A stretch of 59,545 nt of DNA, counting the filler. It is 5 parts of 5 records of this genome, joined end to end, with 100 filler letters (N's around TTAATTAATTAA, not from the genome) between each part and the next. Parts side by side here need not be neighbours in the genome. Positions count along the whole stretch, not along the records: positions 45,094 to 53,942 come from SRR31156797_5268; positions 54,043 to 59,545 come from SRR31156797_5271; 3 more parts are not named here. One strand, written 5' to 3'. This document shows, piece by piece, positions 49,934-59,545 of this stretch; the first letter of the stretch is position 1; each line of letters starts with the position of its first letter. Under the pieces are notes generated by a model. The model worked only from the letters and a program-made list of their open reading frames with translations, made no database searches and had not been told where the DNA came from. The position numbers were made by a program, and so were the translations under genes.

Positions 49934-50434
49934 TTAATATTTTTCATAGTGCACTTTTGCAGCATTATATCGAATATCTATTTTATATTCCTGATCTGTT
50001 TTACCAAATGGAATAATCGCAAATGGCAATATATTATCCGGTAATTTAAAATAATTATTAAAAAACTCTATCCTGTTCTGTTCAGGTGCTATTCCCAGCC
50101 AGACTCCTGTTAATCCTTCATTTACTATTTGAAGTAAAATGTTTTCACAACATGCTGCCAAATCCTGCTCTATATTTTGTGGAAATCTCGCGCTATGCTG
50201 ATTCCCCAGAACGATTATAGCAGCTGGAGCGGTTTTTAGCGCCCCTGCATATGGACTCACCTCTGATAATTTTACTAATGTTTCTTTATTTTCTACTACT
50301 ATGAATTCCCATGCCTGTTGATTTCCTGCGCTTGGTGCCTGCATTGCTGCTTTTAGAATACTTTCGATATTTTCTCTGTCTACTTTCTCATTATTAAATT
50401 TTCGAATACTCTTTCTGTTAAAAATCGAATTCAA
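49934..50434 (-). CDS. nitroreductase family protein
   Basis: RKSIRKF, AAMQAPSAGNQQAWEF, QDLAACCENILL, GVWLG; TTG start after AGGAG. Confidence 0.93.
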   Translation of the reverse strand: MNSIFNRKSIRKFNNEKVDRENIESILKAAMQAPSAGNQQAWEFIVVENKETLVKLSEVSPYAGALKTAPAAIIVLGNQHSARFPQNIEQDLAACCENILLQIVNEGLTGVWLGIAPEQNRIEFFNNYFKLPDNILPFAIIPFGKTDQEYKIDIRYNAAKVHYEKY

Positions 50435-50454
50435 ATCATCATCTCCTTTTGAAA

Positions 50455-51621
50455 TTATTTTTGATAAATTTTCTCTGATATTTTAAATGGCTCATTCTTT
50501 TTTCGTTTAATTTTTTCTCTAATTAGCATAGCTGTCAAAAGCAAAAAACCAAACGAACTCCATAGAAAATAAAATTTATATACCGCAGCAACATTAAAAG
50601 TATCCATTATTTTTCCTGCAATATAGATGCATATCATTGATCCCATTCCTAAACTAACGGAGCTGTATACTGCAATCGCTGTTGAGGTTTGTGAACTTTT
50701 AGTATGAATTTTTATATATTCTATCGCTGCTGCTAAAAATGTACCTATTGATAAACCTTGTATAGCAAATGTTAGTAAAATAATAGTTGTACTTGGTTGA
50801 GTACTATAAAAAAACCATCTTAAACAAAATGTAATCGATGATATAATTAACAGATTATTTACTCCGATTTTTTTTATTATTGAATTACTACTTGCTAAGA
50901 ACGGAGCTTCACTAAGAGCAAATAGTAAAAATGCAAATCCAACTCCACTAACCTGACCTCCCAGCTCCACATATAGGAGTCCGAAAAATGTATTGTTTCC
51001 ATTAATAGTTCCACCTATAAAAAAAGCTACTAATATAAAAAACAAATAATCTTTGTTTTTCAAGAGATTTTTAACTAGATGATAATCAATCTTTTCTGAT
51101 TTATTTGTTTTGATTTCTAATTTTTTCAAAAAATATATTGAAATCAATAGTGATGTAGCCGCTATTATAAAAATAGAATATTTTGATAGATAATCAAATG
51201 AAATTGCAACAACTTGTACTGCTATTGCAAAACCAATTGCTCCCCACTGTCTTATTTTCCCATATTGAAATGAAGACCTTGCAATAATTGCATCATTTAA
51301 GGGAGCAAGTCCGCATAAAAACATATTCATTATCAAATACAAAACAACTATATATAGATGAATTTTTATAAATGGAAAAAATAAAAGCAAACAACTGCTT
51401 ACAAGCATTAAACTAATCATGATTTTTTTAGTTTTATTAGTTCTATCAGCAATAATCCCCCAAAATGGTTGAAATATGATAGCAATAAAAGTCCCCATGG
51501 AAAAAATCAATCCAATTTTACTTCCCGTAAAGCCATTGCTAACCAAGTATTTTGGTAATAACGGAAATATTGAACCTATGGAAAAAAATAGAAAAAAAGT
51601 TAAAAGGGTATAAATTCTCAT
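50455..51621 (-). CDS. MFS transporter (MFS_1_like, oligosaccharide/nucleoside:H+ symporter type)
   Basis: About 12 TM helices; QPFWGIIADR, YGKIRQWGAIGF, SEAPF, LRW. Confidence 0.88.
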   Translation of the reverse strand: MRIYTLLTFFLFFSIGSIFPLLPKYLVSNGFTGSKIGLIFSMGTFIAIIFQPFWGIIADRTNKTKKIMISLMLVSSCLLLFFPFIKIHLYIVVLYLIMNMFLCGLAPLNDAIIARSSFQYGKIRQWGAIGFAIAVQVVAISFDYLSKYSIFIIAATSLLISIYFLKKLEIKTNKSEKIDYHLVKNLLKNKDYLFFILVAFFIGGTINGNNTFFGLLYVELGGQVSGVGFAFLLFALSEAPFLASSNSIIKKIGVNNLLIISSITFCLRWFFYSTQPSTTIILLTFAIQGLSIGTFLAAAIEYIKIHTKSSQTSTAIAVYSSVSLGMGSMICIYIAGKIMDTFNVAAVYKFYFLWSSFGFLLLTAMLIREKIKRKKNEPFKISEKIYQK

Positions 51622-51636
51622 ATTGTTCCTCTCAAT

Positions 51637-52455
51637 TTAAAAAGTTAATGTGTTTAAAACAAATTTTGTTGCATCATCATATTCTTTTTCATTTGTTTGA
51701 TGTTCCAGCATAATTGGTAAATTTTTATCTAATCCGGATAATTCCTTAAATAAAACTTTATAGTCTAAATTTCCCTGCCCCGGTGCCACTTCATTCAAAT
51801 GAACCATAAATTCAGGATTCAAAGATATATCTTTCAAGTGCACACTCTTGATATGTTTTCCTAATTTAGCAACGAAATTTTTAATTAAATCTCCGTTTTT
51901 GTAGTATTTCTCTGGACTTACTATTAAATTAACCGGATCAAAATGTACAGAAAATGCTTCTCTGTCAATTGCTTTGATTAACTCTAAATATGTCTCAGCC
52001 GAGTTTGGGTACATCCATGGCATTGTTTCAAGTGTATAAAATGATCTTTTGGGATTAACACTATCGATTATCTCCCTGACAACTTCAACGATCATATCAA
52101 ATGTTTCATCTGTTAGATTTTTTTCATGAGGCCCGTCCCAGATATCTCCACGAGAACCTGAGATATTTACTACGCATTTGATATCAAGCTCATCAGCATA
52201 ATACAGTGATTTTTTACAAGCTTCTATCGCTTTTTCTCTCTCATTTTTATCACTACTTAAGGGATTATTCCACACACCAAGTTCAGAGATTACAATGTCA
52301 TTTTTTTTGGCTGTCTCAACATAAGGTGAGAACTCTTCCAGGCTGGAATTTATCCCCAGAGGACTATATACCGCCTTATAGTTTTTTTGATTAATTTTTT
52401 TCATCCACTCTTCCGGATTATTATTAAAGTTATATATTGGAGCTCCTAATCTCAT
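51637..52455 (-). CDS. sugar phosphate isomerase/epimerase (xylose isomerase-like TIM barrel)
   Basis: ELGVWNN, LETMPW, HFDPVN, VHLKD, PGQGNLDY, MLEH metal motifs. Confidence 0.88.
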   Translation of the reverse strand: MRLGAPIYNFNNNPEEWMKKINQKNYKAVYSPLGINSSLEEFSPYVETAKKNDIVISELGVWNNPLSSDKNEREKAIEACKKSLYYADELDIKCVVNISGSRGDIWDGPHEKNLTDETFDMIVEVVREIIDSVNPKRSFYTLETMPWMYPNSAETYLELIKAIDREAFSVHFDPVNLIVSPEKYYKNGDLIKNFVAKLGKHIKSVHLKDISLNPEFMVHLNEVAPGQGNLDYKVLFKELSGLDKNLPIMLEHQTNEKEYDDATKFVLNTLTF

Positions 52456-52480
52456 TTCTCCTCCTTTTTTCACTATAGAG

Positions 52481-53893
52481 TTAATACTCAGCTCTTTTGG
52501 CTCGCGAAGTATATGCTGCTTCCTGCATTCTTATGATCATTCTCTTTCTCATAAATGATAAAATCTCGCTATATTCATCATTTTCAGATAGATCTCTTAA
52601 CTCATTTTTATCAATCTTTAGATCAAAGAGCAACTCTTCATCATTTGAGTTACAATAATATTTATATCTTTTATTTCGTATAGTAGTTTCTTTTAAGCCA
52701 TCAAAAGGTAAAAATCTCTCTATCAAAATATCTTCTTTATGCTGATCTGTTTTTTTAGACAATAGATTTTTCAGAGATTTCCCTTGAACTTCTTTTGGTA
52801 TTTGAACTCCGCAATAATCCAAAATCGTCGGTAAAATATCCACTGCTTCAACCAGCTCATCAACTACAAACTTTTGATCTATTTTATTGGGATAAGATAT
52901 CAGGCAGGGAACTCTGTTTATTACATCATTGCCGGGCATTCCTTTTTGTACCTTTCCAAAATCACCCAGATATTCACCATGATCAGTGGTAAAAATAATC
53001 AGGGTATCTTCTAACATCTTTTTTTCTTTTAACTTATTAATAATCTCTCCAACCGCTTCATCTACCATGCTAACCATTGCCATATAATAGGCTTTTATTT
53101 CTTTCCACTCCTCAACTGTGATATCTTTCAGAAAATCAAAAGCCTGAGTTGTATCAAAATTTGGAATCGGCATATCAGAACTCTTATATAAATCTATAAA
53201 TTTTTGCGGTGGATTAATCGGAGGATGAGGTGCATAAAAACCAGCTGTCAAAAAAAACGGTTTAGTACTATTCCTACTCTCCAAATAATTACAAACTTCG
53301 GAGCATACAAATGAAGTATGCGTTAAATCATCATCACCTTCGAAAACATATGGCTCATGTGTATTTCCCGGTTTATCATAATAGTTCTCATGTCCATATT
53401 TATACGCTTCCGGTGGCAGAATAGTTCTTATTTTTTTTAGCATATCAGGTGCTATTCCCTCAACCCATTTAGTATATGCATCATCATAACAACCCGGCTC
53501 ATCTGAGATGATAAATGTATCAAAACCATAATCAGGATATGGATTTTTATGATCTCTGTCTGCATGTGTTTGAAAGTGAATTTTCCCTATATATGCAGTG
53601 TCATAATTATACGGCTTTAAGTACTCATTAATTAAAGTTGCATCCTCTCTTTCTAATGGAATGCCGTTATCGCCTATGTTAAGAGAACTGCAATACCTAC
53701 CTGTAAATAGGGACATTCTGCTAGGCATGCAGATCGGCGATTGTGTATAAAAATGATTAAATCTGCTACCATTTTCTGCTAATTTATCCAGATTAGGTGT
53801 AACTGCATATTCACTGCCGTAACATCTCAGACTATCCAGTCTTTGCTGATCAGTATATATCATTAGCACATTTGGTCTTTTAAAACTTCTCAT
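52481..53893 (-). CDS. Cys-type sulfatase (formylglycine-dependent), cytoplasmic
   Basis: RPNVLMIYTDQQR, TPNLD, CMPSRMSLFTGRY (CxPxR), GKIH, PHPP, TDHGE; no signal peptide. Confidence 0.94.
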   Translation of the reverse strand: MRSFKRPNVLMIYTDQQRLDSLRCYGSEYAVTPNLDKLAENGSRFNHFYTQSPICMPSRMSLFTGRYCSSLNIGDNGIPLEREDATLINEYLKPYNYDTAYIGKIHFQTHADRDHKNPYPDYGFDTFIISDEPGCYDDAYTKWVEGIAPDMLKKIRTILPPEAYKYGHENYYDKPGNTHEPYVFEGDDDLTHTSFVCSEVCNYLESRNSTKPFFLTAGFYAPHPPINPPQKFIDLYKSSDMPIPNFDTTQAFDFLKDITVEEWKEIKAYYMAMVSMVDEAVGEIINKLKEKKMLEDTLIIFTTDHGEYLGDFGKVQKGMPGNDVINRVPCLISYPNKIDQKFVVDELVEAVDILPTILDYCGVQIPKEVQGKSLKNLLSKKTDQHKEDILIERFLPFDGLKETTIRNKRYKYYCNSNDEELLFDLKIDKNELRDLSENDEYSEILSFMRKRMIIRMQEAAYTSRAKRAEY

Positions 53894-53942
53894 ATTTTTA
53901 CCAACTTTCTATTTAACTATATAAATTTTAATTAGTTTCTTA

Positions 53943-54042
53943 NNNNNNNNNNNNNNNNNNNNNNNNNNNNNNNNNNNNNNNNNNNNTTAATTAATTAANN
54001 NNNNNNNNNNNNNNNNNNNNNNNNNNNNNNNNNNNNNNNNNN
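53943..54042. other. artificial contig spacer
   Basis: N44-TTAATTAATTAA-N44. Confidence 0.99.
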
Positions 54043-54140
54043 ATTGGAAAATACTTTTGAGAACCACTATACGTGACAGCCTTTTATTATCATTGAAAGA
54101 CAATAAAGGAATTAAGCAACACGACAACAAAAGAGGCTTG

Positions 54141-55103
54141 TTAGTAGCCAATAAATTCTGCGACATATTTAAGAGCGGTAAAGATGATAATGCCGGCCAG
54201 AAGCCATTTGATGGCCTTGGCCGGTACGTATTTCTGGCAACGGGCGCCGAGATACATGCCGGCCATGCCGCCGATTCCGAACAGCACCCCCAACTGCCAA
54301 TCGGGCGCGACCGACATGTCGGGATAATAAGGCGCGATGGACTGGTAGAAAATGACGCCGGCCGCCGAGGTGACGAATGTGCCCATCAGGGCGGCGCCAG
54401 CAATAGTATAGACTGAAAGCCCGAAGAAGGAAACAAAAAACGGCGCGATAATGGCGCCGCCGCCAATGCCGTAAATGCCGCCCGCGATGCCGACAATAAA
54501 ACTAAGGGCGGCTATCCCCCAAAAAGACACGTCGAATGATTCATCATAAAAGGTGTATATCAAGCGCTTGAAATTGAACTGGGTGACTTTGACCGGAGAG
54601 TTATTTTCATTACCCGGGCGGCTCCGATCCAGGCTTGCTTCGTTATGACGATGGATCTTTTCCCTGAGCCCTTTTTCTTTATTGTCATTATCCGGCGCGT
54701 TGGAATTATTCCGGGTAATGTCGCGTAATATCCGGATTCCGATATATAACAGGATTACGGCTGCAAAGGCTTTGAAATTTTTCGGATCCGGCAGCCAGGC
54801 GACGCGAATGAACGCGCCCATGAAAACCCCCGGCAATGTTCCGATAATGACAATCCAGGTCAGGGGCCACACCATGCGGCCTTCCTTGTAATAGCGGTAC
54901 ACGCCGCTTGGTATGGCCACGACATTAAACAGTTGATTCGTGGCGCTGACCGAGGGGTGGGTGTATCCGAGGAATGACATTTGAAACGGGAGAAGTAGAA
55001 AGGCCCCGGACACTCCGCCAATGGAAGTGATGAAAGAAATAACGAATGCGACCAGGGGCGGTATCCAGGGTGCGGTTTCAATTCCGGCGGTTTGAAATAG
55101 CAT
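54141..55103 (-). CDS. sulfite exporter TauE/SafE family membrane protein
   Basis: GGVSGAFLLLP and GIYGIGGGAIIAP repeats, GMYLGARCQKYVP. Confidence 0.9.
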   Translation of the reverse strand: MLFQTAGIETAPWIPPLVAFVISFITSIGGVSGAFLLLPFQMSFLGYTHPSVSATNQLFNVVAIPSGVYRYYKEGRMVWPLTWIVIIGTLPGVFMGAFIRVAWLPDPKNFKAFAAVILLYIGIRILRDITRNNSNAPDNDNKEKGLREKIHRHNEASLDRSRPGNENNSPVKVTQFNFKRLIYTFYDESFDVSFWGIAALSFIVGIAGGIYGIGGGAIIAPFFVSFFGLSVYTIAGAALMGTFVTSAAGVIFYQSIAPYYPDMSVAPDWQLGVLFGIGGMAGMYLGARCQKYVPAKAIKWLLAGIIIFTALKYVAEFIGY

Positions 55104-55234
55104 GATACATTTCCTGGAAAACGGCAGCCGGGTTCAGGCCCTGTTCAACTGGTTTCCCGTTGTCCTGCATGTTTGATAATTGTGTTCTTAATATTACTTT
55201 ATATCCAATATTAGGCTTGAATTAAAAAAACGGA

Positions 55235-55801
55235 TCAGGAAGCCAATTTTTTTCCAAGCTCTCTCGACCGGGCCATGAGATCGGCGTCTTTTTCTATTTC
55301 TCCCGGGGCGTCGGCGCTGCCGTAGACCATGCCAATCATGTCCATGCCTACATACTTTGAAGCGTCCTGAAATGTTCGCAGGGCATTGACGCAGCCTGAG
55401 ACAAAAGCGTCCGCATCACCGTAACTCATGGCCGCCGCCGCCTTTTTTCCGGCCAGGGCCTTGTACCCGTCAGATCCATAAGCATAACAGCGATCCATGA
55501 CCGATTTGAGTTGTGCGGACACGGTGAACCAGTACACAGGGCTGGCATATACTATTGCATTTGCGGATTCGATTAGAGGGTATATGGACTGCATATCGTC
55601 GTCCACTATGCATCGGCCTTCCTTGCGCCGGCATCCGTCGCAGGCCTGGCAAGGCGCGATATCCATGGAGTTCAGGTATACGGAAATGACCTTGGCGCCA
55701 GCGTCTTCAGCGCCTTGAGCTATAGCGTCTGCCAGAGCGGCGCTGTTCCCTTTTTTCCTGGGGCTGCCTAGAAGAATTAGTACGTTTGATTTGTGGTCCA
55801 T
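55235..55801 (-). CDS. iron-sulfur flavoprotein / NADPH-dependent FMN reductase family
   Basis: GSPRKKGNS, CQACDGC......C [4Fe-4S] motif, DDM, ASPVYW, KSVMDR. Confidence 0.92.
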   Translation of the reverse strand: MDHKSNVLILLGSPRKKGNSAALADAIAQGAEDAGAKVISVYLNSMDIAPCQACDGCRRKEGRCIVDDDMQSIYPLIESANAIVYASPVYWFTVSAQLKSVMDRCYAYGSDGYKALAGKKAAAAMSYGDADAFVSGCVNALRTFQDASKYVGMDMIGMVYGSADAPGEIEKDADLMARSRELGKKLAS

Positions 55802-56050
55802 GATATTTATTCCTTTTATAACTAGAGCCCGGGGATTAGATTGCCACGACCGGGGCCGGGCTTCGGCATTATTATTCCGCCAATCAGCCGTATTGTAATA
55901 TTATCCTTAAATAATACAAAATGTTTGTCAGGGCATAATAATCCGCCAATGATTTCATTGTCAAAGGGATTCCCCCGACCGGTCAGCGCTAAAGAATTTA
56001 CCGGAGAAGACGCCGGCGGTTTTATTACTTATCCGGCGCTTGTCCATGGG

Positions 56051-56080
56051 TTGACAGTATGGAATTACATGGATTAGTAT
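56051..56080 (+). promoter_or_regulatory. possible sigma70 promoter upstream of the hybrid kinase
   Basis: TTGACA (56051-56056), 18-nt spacer, TAGTAT (56075-56080). Confidence 0.4.
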
Positions 56081-56380
56081 TTAACCTAGCGGGGACAGAA
56101 ATCGATTTCCAAATAGAATATATAAGTTAAATTCCGTTCACCTGGCGCCGGCTGCACTATCCGGCTTAATTCCTGTTTAAGATATTTGTATCAGCTCGGT
56201 ATGACGGCATGGGGTCATCGGCCGGCATTATGAACCAATTGCTAATCCGTCCGGTCTAACTGATATAATAAACAGTATAATTTAGGGGGCGCTTTAGTGT
56301 TTTCAGACTCATAAAACAGCTAAATCAATAATACTTTACCGGCCGAGTTTCGAAAACAATTAAGGCCTTTTGGCAGGCTT

Positions 56381-58858
56381 ATGAAAATTTGTATAAAATC
56401 AAACTGTTATCGCCTGGCTGTAATAGTCTTGTTTGTTTTAATTACCTTGGCCTGGGGCTTTGTTAATCCATCAACAGTTGAAGCGCGTGATGAAAACAAA
56501 GTATTGGTTGATGCTTCATCGAATAATTTTCCACCTGTTAATTTTTTGGACGAGGAAGGAAACCTGACAGGATTCGGGCTTGAGTTGGCTGACGCCGTTG
56601 CCAGGGAGGCCGGCATAGAAATAACTCACATTCACTCAAACCGCTGGGTGGATGTATTAAAGTGGCTCGAATCGGGAAAGGCGGATTTTATCCACGATAC
56701 CGGCTACACCAAAGACCGCGACCGTTTTCTTGATTACAGCAACCCCATTATCGAAATGCCGGAAGTTATTTTTGTTGGACAAAACAGATGGGATATCAAT
56801 GGACTTGATTCATTGCAGGGCATGAAAGTCGCCTGCGTGCGAAAACATATTACTCATTTGTATTTACAGAATTTTCCAAAAATTAAATGCCAACTGGTTG
56901 AAACGCCCATTCAGGGAATATATGAATTGGCGGCCGGCAAGGTGGATGCTTTCATTTATCCCAAGCAAATCGCCATGTACATGATTCAAAATTTGAGATT
57001 GAGCGACAAAATAAAAATAGTAGGTTCTCCTTTAAGAACCTTGAAGTGGTCCATGGTTGTAAAGGAAGGCAACAAGGAAGTTTTGTCGCTTTTGAACGAA
57101 GGATTGCAAAAGGTTCGCGCCAGCGGAGAATACGATCGTATATACAATAAGTGGTGGGGGAAAAAGCTTTTCGCCGGATATACAAAGGGAGAGCTTCAAA
57201 CGATTTCCGGATTGGCCGCTGTGCTTTCCGCCATTTTTGTTTTATCTCTGACACTTTTGTATTTTAATTTCAAACTCCGCAAGGATAAAGCCCATTTAAA
57301 AAATACGGTTTCAGAGCTTTTCCTGAAGGATGAGGCGCTTAAGGAAAGTGAAGAGAAATACAGGCAGCTTTTCCAAATGGAGTCCGATGCCATATTCATT
57401 GTTGAGAACGCAACCGGGTTTATCCTTGAAGTCAATACAGCCGCATCCGAGATTTATGGATATACAAGAGAGGAGTTCCGTGAGAGAAAAAACATCGATA
57501 TTTCAGCGGAGCCGGATAAAACCAGAAAATCGGCGGAATCCGGCGAAGAATTAATTCCGGTTCGTTATCATAGAAAAAAGGATGGAACGGTATTCCCGGT
57601 GGAAATAACGGCGACCCACATGACCTGGCAAGGCAGGGAAGTGCATATAGCGGCTGTCAGGGACATTACCTTTCGAATAAAGGCGGAAGAGGAAAAGGCC
57701 AAAATTGAGGAGCAATATCAGCAGGCTCAGAAAATGGAGGCTGTTGGCACCCTGGCCGGCGGCGTCGCCCATGACTTTAACAACCTGTTGCAAGCGATCA
57801 ATGGTTATTCGGAAATTCTCTTGTTGGAAAAAACTGAAAGTGATCCCGAGTATGAAACCGTGTTGAATATACGGAAAGCCGGAGCGAGAGCGGCGCAACT
57901 GGTCAAGCAGCTCCTTCTTTTCAGCCGTAAAATGGAAATAGAACGGCGGCCTATCAACCTTAACCTGGAAGTCGAAAACGCCCGGAAACTGCTGGAACGG
58001 ACCATACCCAAAATGGTTGATATTAAGGTTCGCTCGGGGAATGGTTTATGGGTGGTGAAAGCCGATCCCGTTCAGATGGAACAGATATTGTTGAATCTCG
58101 GAATAAATGCTTCCGACGCCATGCCGGACGGCGGCGAGCTTGTCATTGAAACGGAAAACGTGGTTTTGGATGAAAGCAATGCTAAAAATCATATTGGGGC
58201 CGAACCCGGCCGTTATGTTCTTTTAACCGTTTCCGACACTGGACACGGTATGGACAAACACATGGTGGAGCACATCTTCGAACCTTTTTACACAACCAAG
58301 GAAATAGGCAAGGGAACGGGGCTCGGCCTGGCGTCGACCTACGGCATTGTCAGGAGTCACGGCGGCTGTATTACCTGCTATAGTGAAGTTGGTCAGGGAA
58401 CCGTGTTCAGGGTGTATCTGCCCGCAATTATCCAGGCGGACGCTGATGAGAGAGAGGTTATCCCGGCCGCTCAACCTAAAGGCGGCGACGAAACAATACT
58501 GGTCGTGGACGACGAGAAGCCAATCAGGGATTTTGCGTCGCAGGCTTTAAAAAAATTCGGCTATACTGTCGCAACCGCTTCCAGCGGCGAGGAAGCCATT
58601 GAAATCTATACCGACCATTCAAAGGAAATTGAGTTAATAATAATGGACATCGGCATGCCGGGCATCGGCGGGTACAAGTGTCTAAAGGAAATCTTGAAAA
58701 TTGATTCGGAGGCGAAAATCATCATAGCCAGCGGTTATTCCGTCAATGGGCAGGTAGGAAAAAGCTTGGAAGCGGGCGCCGCCGGCTATGTGGGTAAACC
58801 GTATCAATTGAAAGATTTACTGGAAAAGGTTCGGAGTGTGTTAGACGCGCATATTTGA
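56381..58858 (+). CDS. hybrid sensor kinase (periplasmic SBP_bac_3, TM, PAS, HisKA, HATPase, REC)
   Basis: NFPPVNF..GFGLEL; PAS (RKKDGTVFPVEI); GGVAHDFNNLL; GKGTGLGL; ILVVDDE...MDIGMPG...KP. Confidence 0.95.
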   Translation: MKICIKSNCYRLAVIVLFVLITLAWGFVNPSTVEARDENKVLVDASSNNFPPVNFLDEEGNLTGFGLELADAVAREAGIEITHIHSNRWVDVLKWLESGKADFIHDTGYTKDRDRFLDYSNPIIEMPEVIFVGQNRWDINGLDSLQGMKVACVRKHITHLYLQNFPKIKCQLVETPIQGIYELAAGKVDAFIYPKQIAMYMIQNLRLSDKIKIVGSPLRTLKWSMVVKEGNKEVLSLLNEGLQKVRASGEYDRIYNKWWGKKLFAGYTKGELQTISGLAAVLSAIFVLSLTLLYFNFKLRKDKAHLKNTVSELFLKDEALKESEEKYRQLFQMESDAIFIVENATGFILEVNTAASEIYGYTREEFRERKNIDISAEPDKTRKSAESGEELIPVRYHRKKDGTVFPVEITATHMTWQGREVHIAAVRDITFRIKAEEEKAKIEEQYQQAQKMEAVGTLAGGVAHDFNNLLQAINGYSEILLLEKTESDPEYETVLNIRKAGARAAQLVKQLLLFSRKMEIERRPINLNLEVENARKLLERTIPKMVDIKVRSGNGLWVVKADPVQMEQILLNLGINASDAMPDGGELVIETENVVLDESNAKNHIGAEPGRYVLLTVSDTGHGMDKHMVEHIFEPFYTTKEIGKGTGLGLASTYGIVRSHGGCITCYSEVGQGTVFRVYLPAIIQADADEREVIPAAQPKGGDETILVVDDEKPIRDFASQALKKFGYTVATASSGEEAIEIYTDHSKEIELIIMDIGMPGIGGYKCLKEILKIDSEAKIIIASGYSVNGQVGKSLEAGAAGYVGKPYQLKDLLEKVRSVLDAHI

Positions 58859-59545
58859 TCCATAACCTTCATATCGGATTGTTCCAAAACAGAGGGCCTG
58901 GTTGCGGTCTTCCACTCTAAGGGCCGCCTCCAGACCGGCGGCGTCCAGATTGATATTAATGGCTTCCTTGGTCAGCCTAAGGCCCAACGGGTTCTTGGCC
59001 GCCAGTTTTTCAGCCAGCCCGATCGCGGTTGGTAAAAGATCGTCGCGGGCGACGACCCGGCTGAGCATGCCCAGGTCGAAAGCGGCTTGAGCGTCCATGA
59101 AATCCCCGGTCAAAAGGAATTCATAAGCCCTTCCCGAACCTATCAATCGAGGCAGAAAGTAGCTGGAAGCCATGTCGGCGCCGCCGTAACCTATGTTGAT
59201 GTACGCGGCTGTAAAGCGGGCGTTTTCATCTGCGATCCTGATATCGGAGGCCATGGCCAGGCTGAAGCCCAACCCCGCCGCAGCCCCGTGGACCGCAACG
59301 ATTATTGGCTGGGGTATCTGTCTCATGGTCAGCAGGAGGCGGGAGCATCTGGATTGAAACCGATAAAATACATCGGTGTTGCTATTGGCTACTTCGGGAA
59401 GAGTATCCTTGATATCCAGGCCGCTGCAAAAACCTTTTTCACCGGCGCCGGTTAGAATCAAAACCCGGACTTCTTTATCGTTACGCCTTTCCTCAAGCAA
59501 CCCTTCCAATTCGGTCATCATTTCCATATTGACGGCGTTTATTTT
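58841..59545 (-). CDS. enoyl-CoA hydratase/isomerase (crotonase) family protein, 5'-truncated by the window end
   Basis: VRVLILTGAGEKGFCSGLD, PQPIIVAVHGAAAGLG, LPRLIG, LRLTKEAIN; the frame is open to the window edge. Confidence 0.92.
   Translation of the reverse strand, partial: KINAVNMEMMTELEGLLEERRNDKEVRVLILTGAGEKGFCSGLDIKDTLPEVANSNTDVFYRFQSRCSRLLLTMRQIPQPIIVAVHGAAAGLGFSLAMASDIRIADENARFTAAYINIGYGGADMASSYFLPRLIGSGRAYEFLLTGDFMDAQAAFDLGMLSRVVARDDLLPTAIGLAEKLAAKNPLGLRLTKEAININLDAAGLEAALRVEDRNQALCFGTIRYEGYGSNMRV

Noticed and set aside
55802-56380. 580-nt intergenic region and 78-aa ORF (55841-56077) as a possible sRNA, riboswitch or small gene
   Set aside because: No recognisable riboswitch consensus or convincing RBS; consistent with divergent promoters only.

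Overview
The window is not one locus. It is five contigs joined by artificial 100-nt spacers (N44-TTAATTAATTAA-N44 at 14869-14968, 32349-32448, 44994-45093, 53943-54042) and appears to come from at least three organisms. Contig A (1-14868) and contig C (32449-44993) look like a Desulfovibrionaceae-type sulfate reducer. Contig A carries tRNA-Gln, prs, rplY, pth, carD, rho, an M48 peptidase, ribF, a ClC channel, a macro-domain gene, hslVU and signalling genes. Contig C carries a molybdate-type transporter, argB, moeA, sahR-ahcY, PEGA-USP-PEGA, DUF721 and tRNAs. Contig B (14969-32348) and contig E (54043-59545) look like other Desulfobacterota. Contig B carries an orphan molybdopterin oxidoreductase, a regulator, an Imm-like gene, gltX, yceD-rpmF-plsX-fabG-acpP-fabF-rpiB-glyA-dCMP deaminase-nrdR-ribD, an Ntn hydrolase, a DUF1254/1214 remnant and hicBA. 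Contig E carries TauE, an Isf-like flavoprotein, a hybrid kinase and a crotonase. Contig D (45094-53942) is strongly AT-rich and carries a sulfatase/sugar-utilisation/PTS cluster. Taxonomic calls are inferences from protein and codon style. Most content is housekeeping. The best candidate for something new is a DMSO-reductase-family enzyme with Glu at the position of the Mo/W amino-acid ligand, between a peroxiredoxin-like gene and a pseudo-receiver regulator. Other leads are a 361-aa unknown protein upstream of gltX, a PEGA-USP-PEGA module, an Imm-like gene in an AT-rich patch, and a repeat shared in inverted orientation by the ends of contigs A and C. No CRISPR array, rRNA, integrase or transposase was seen.
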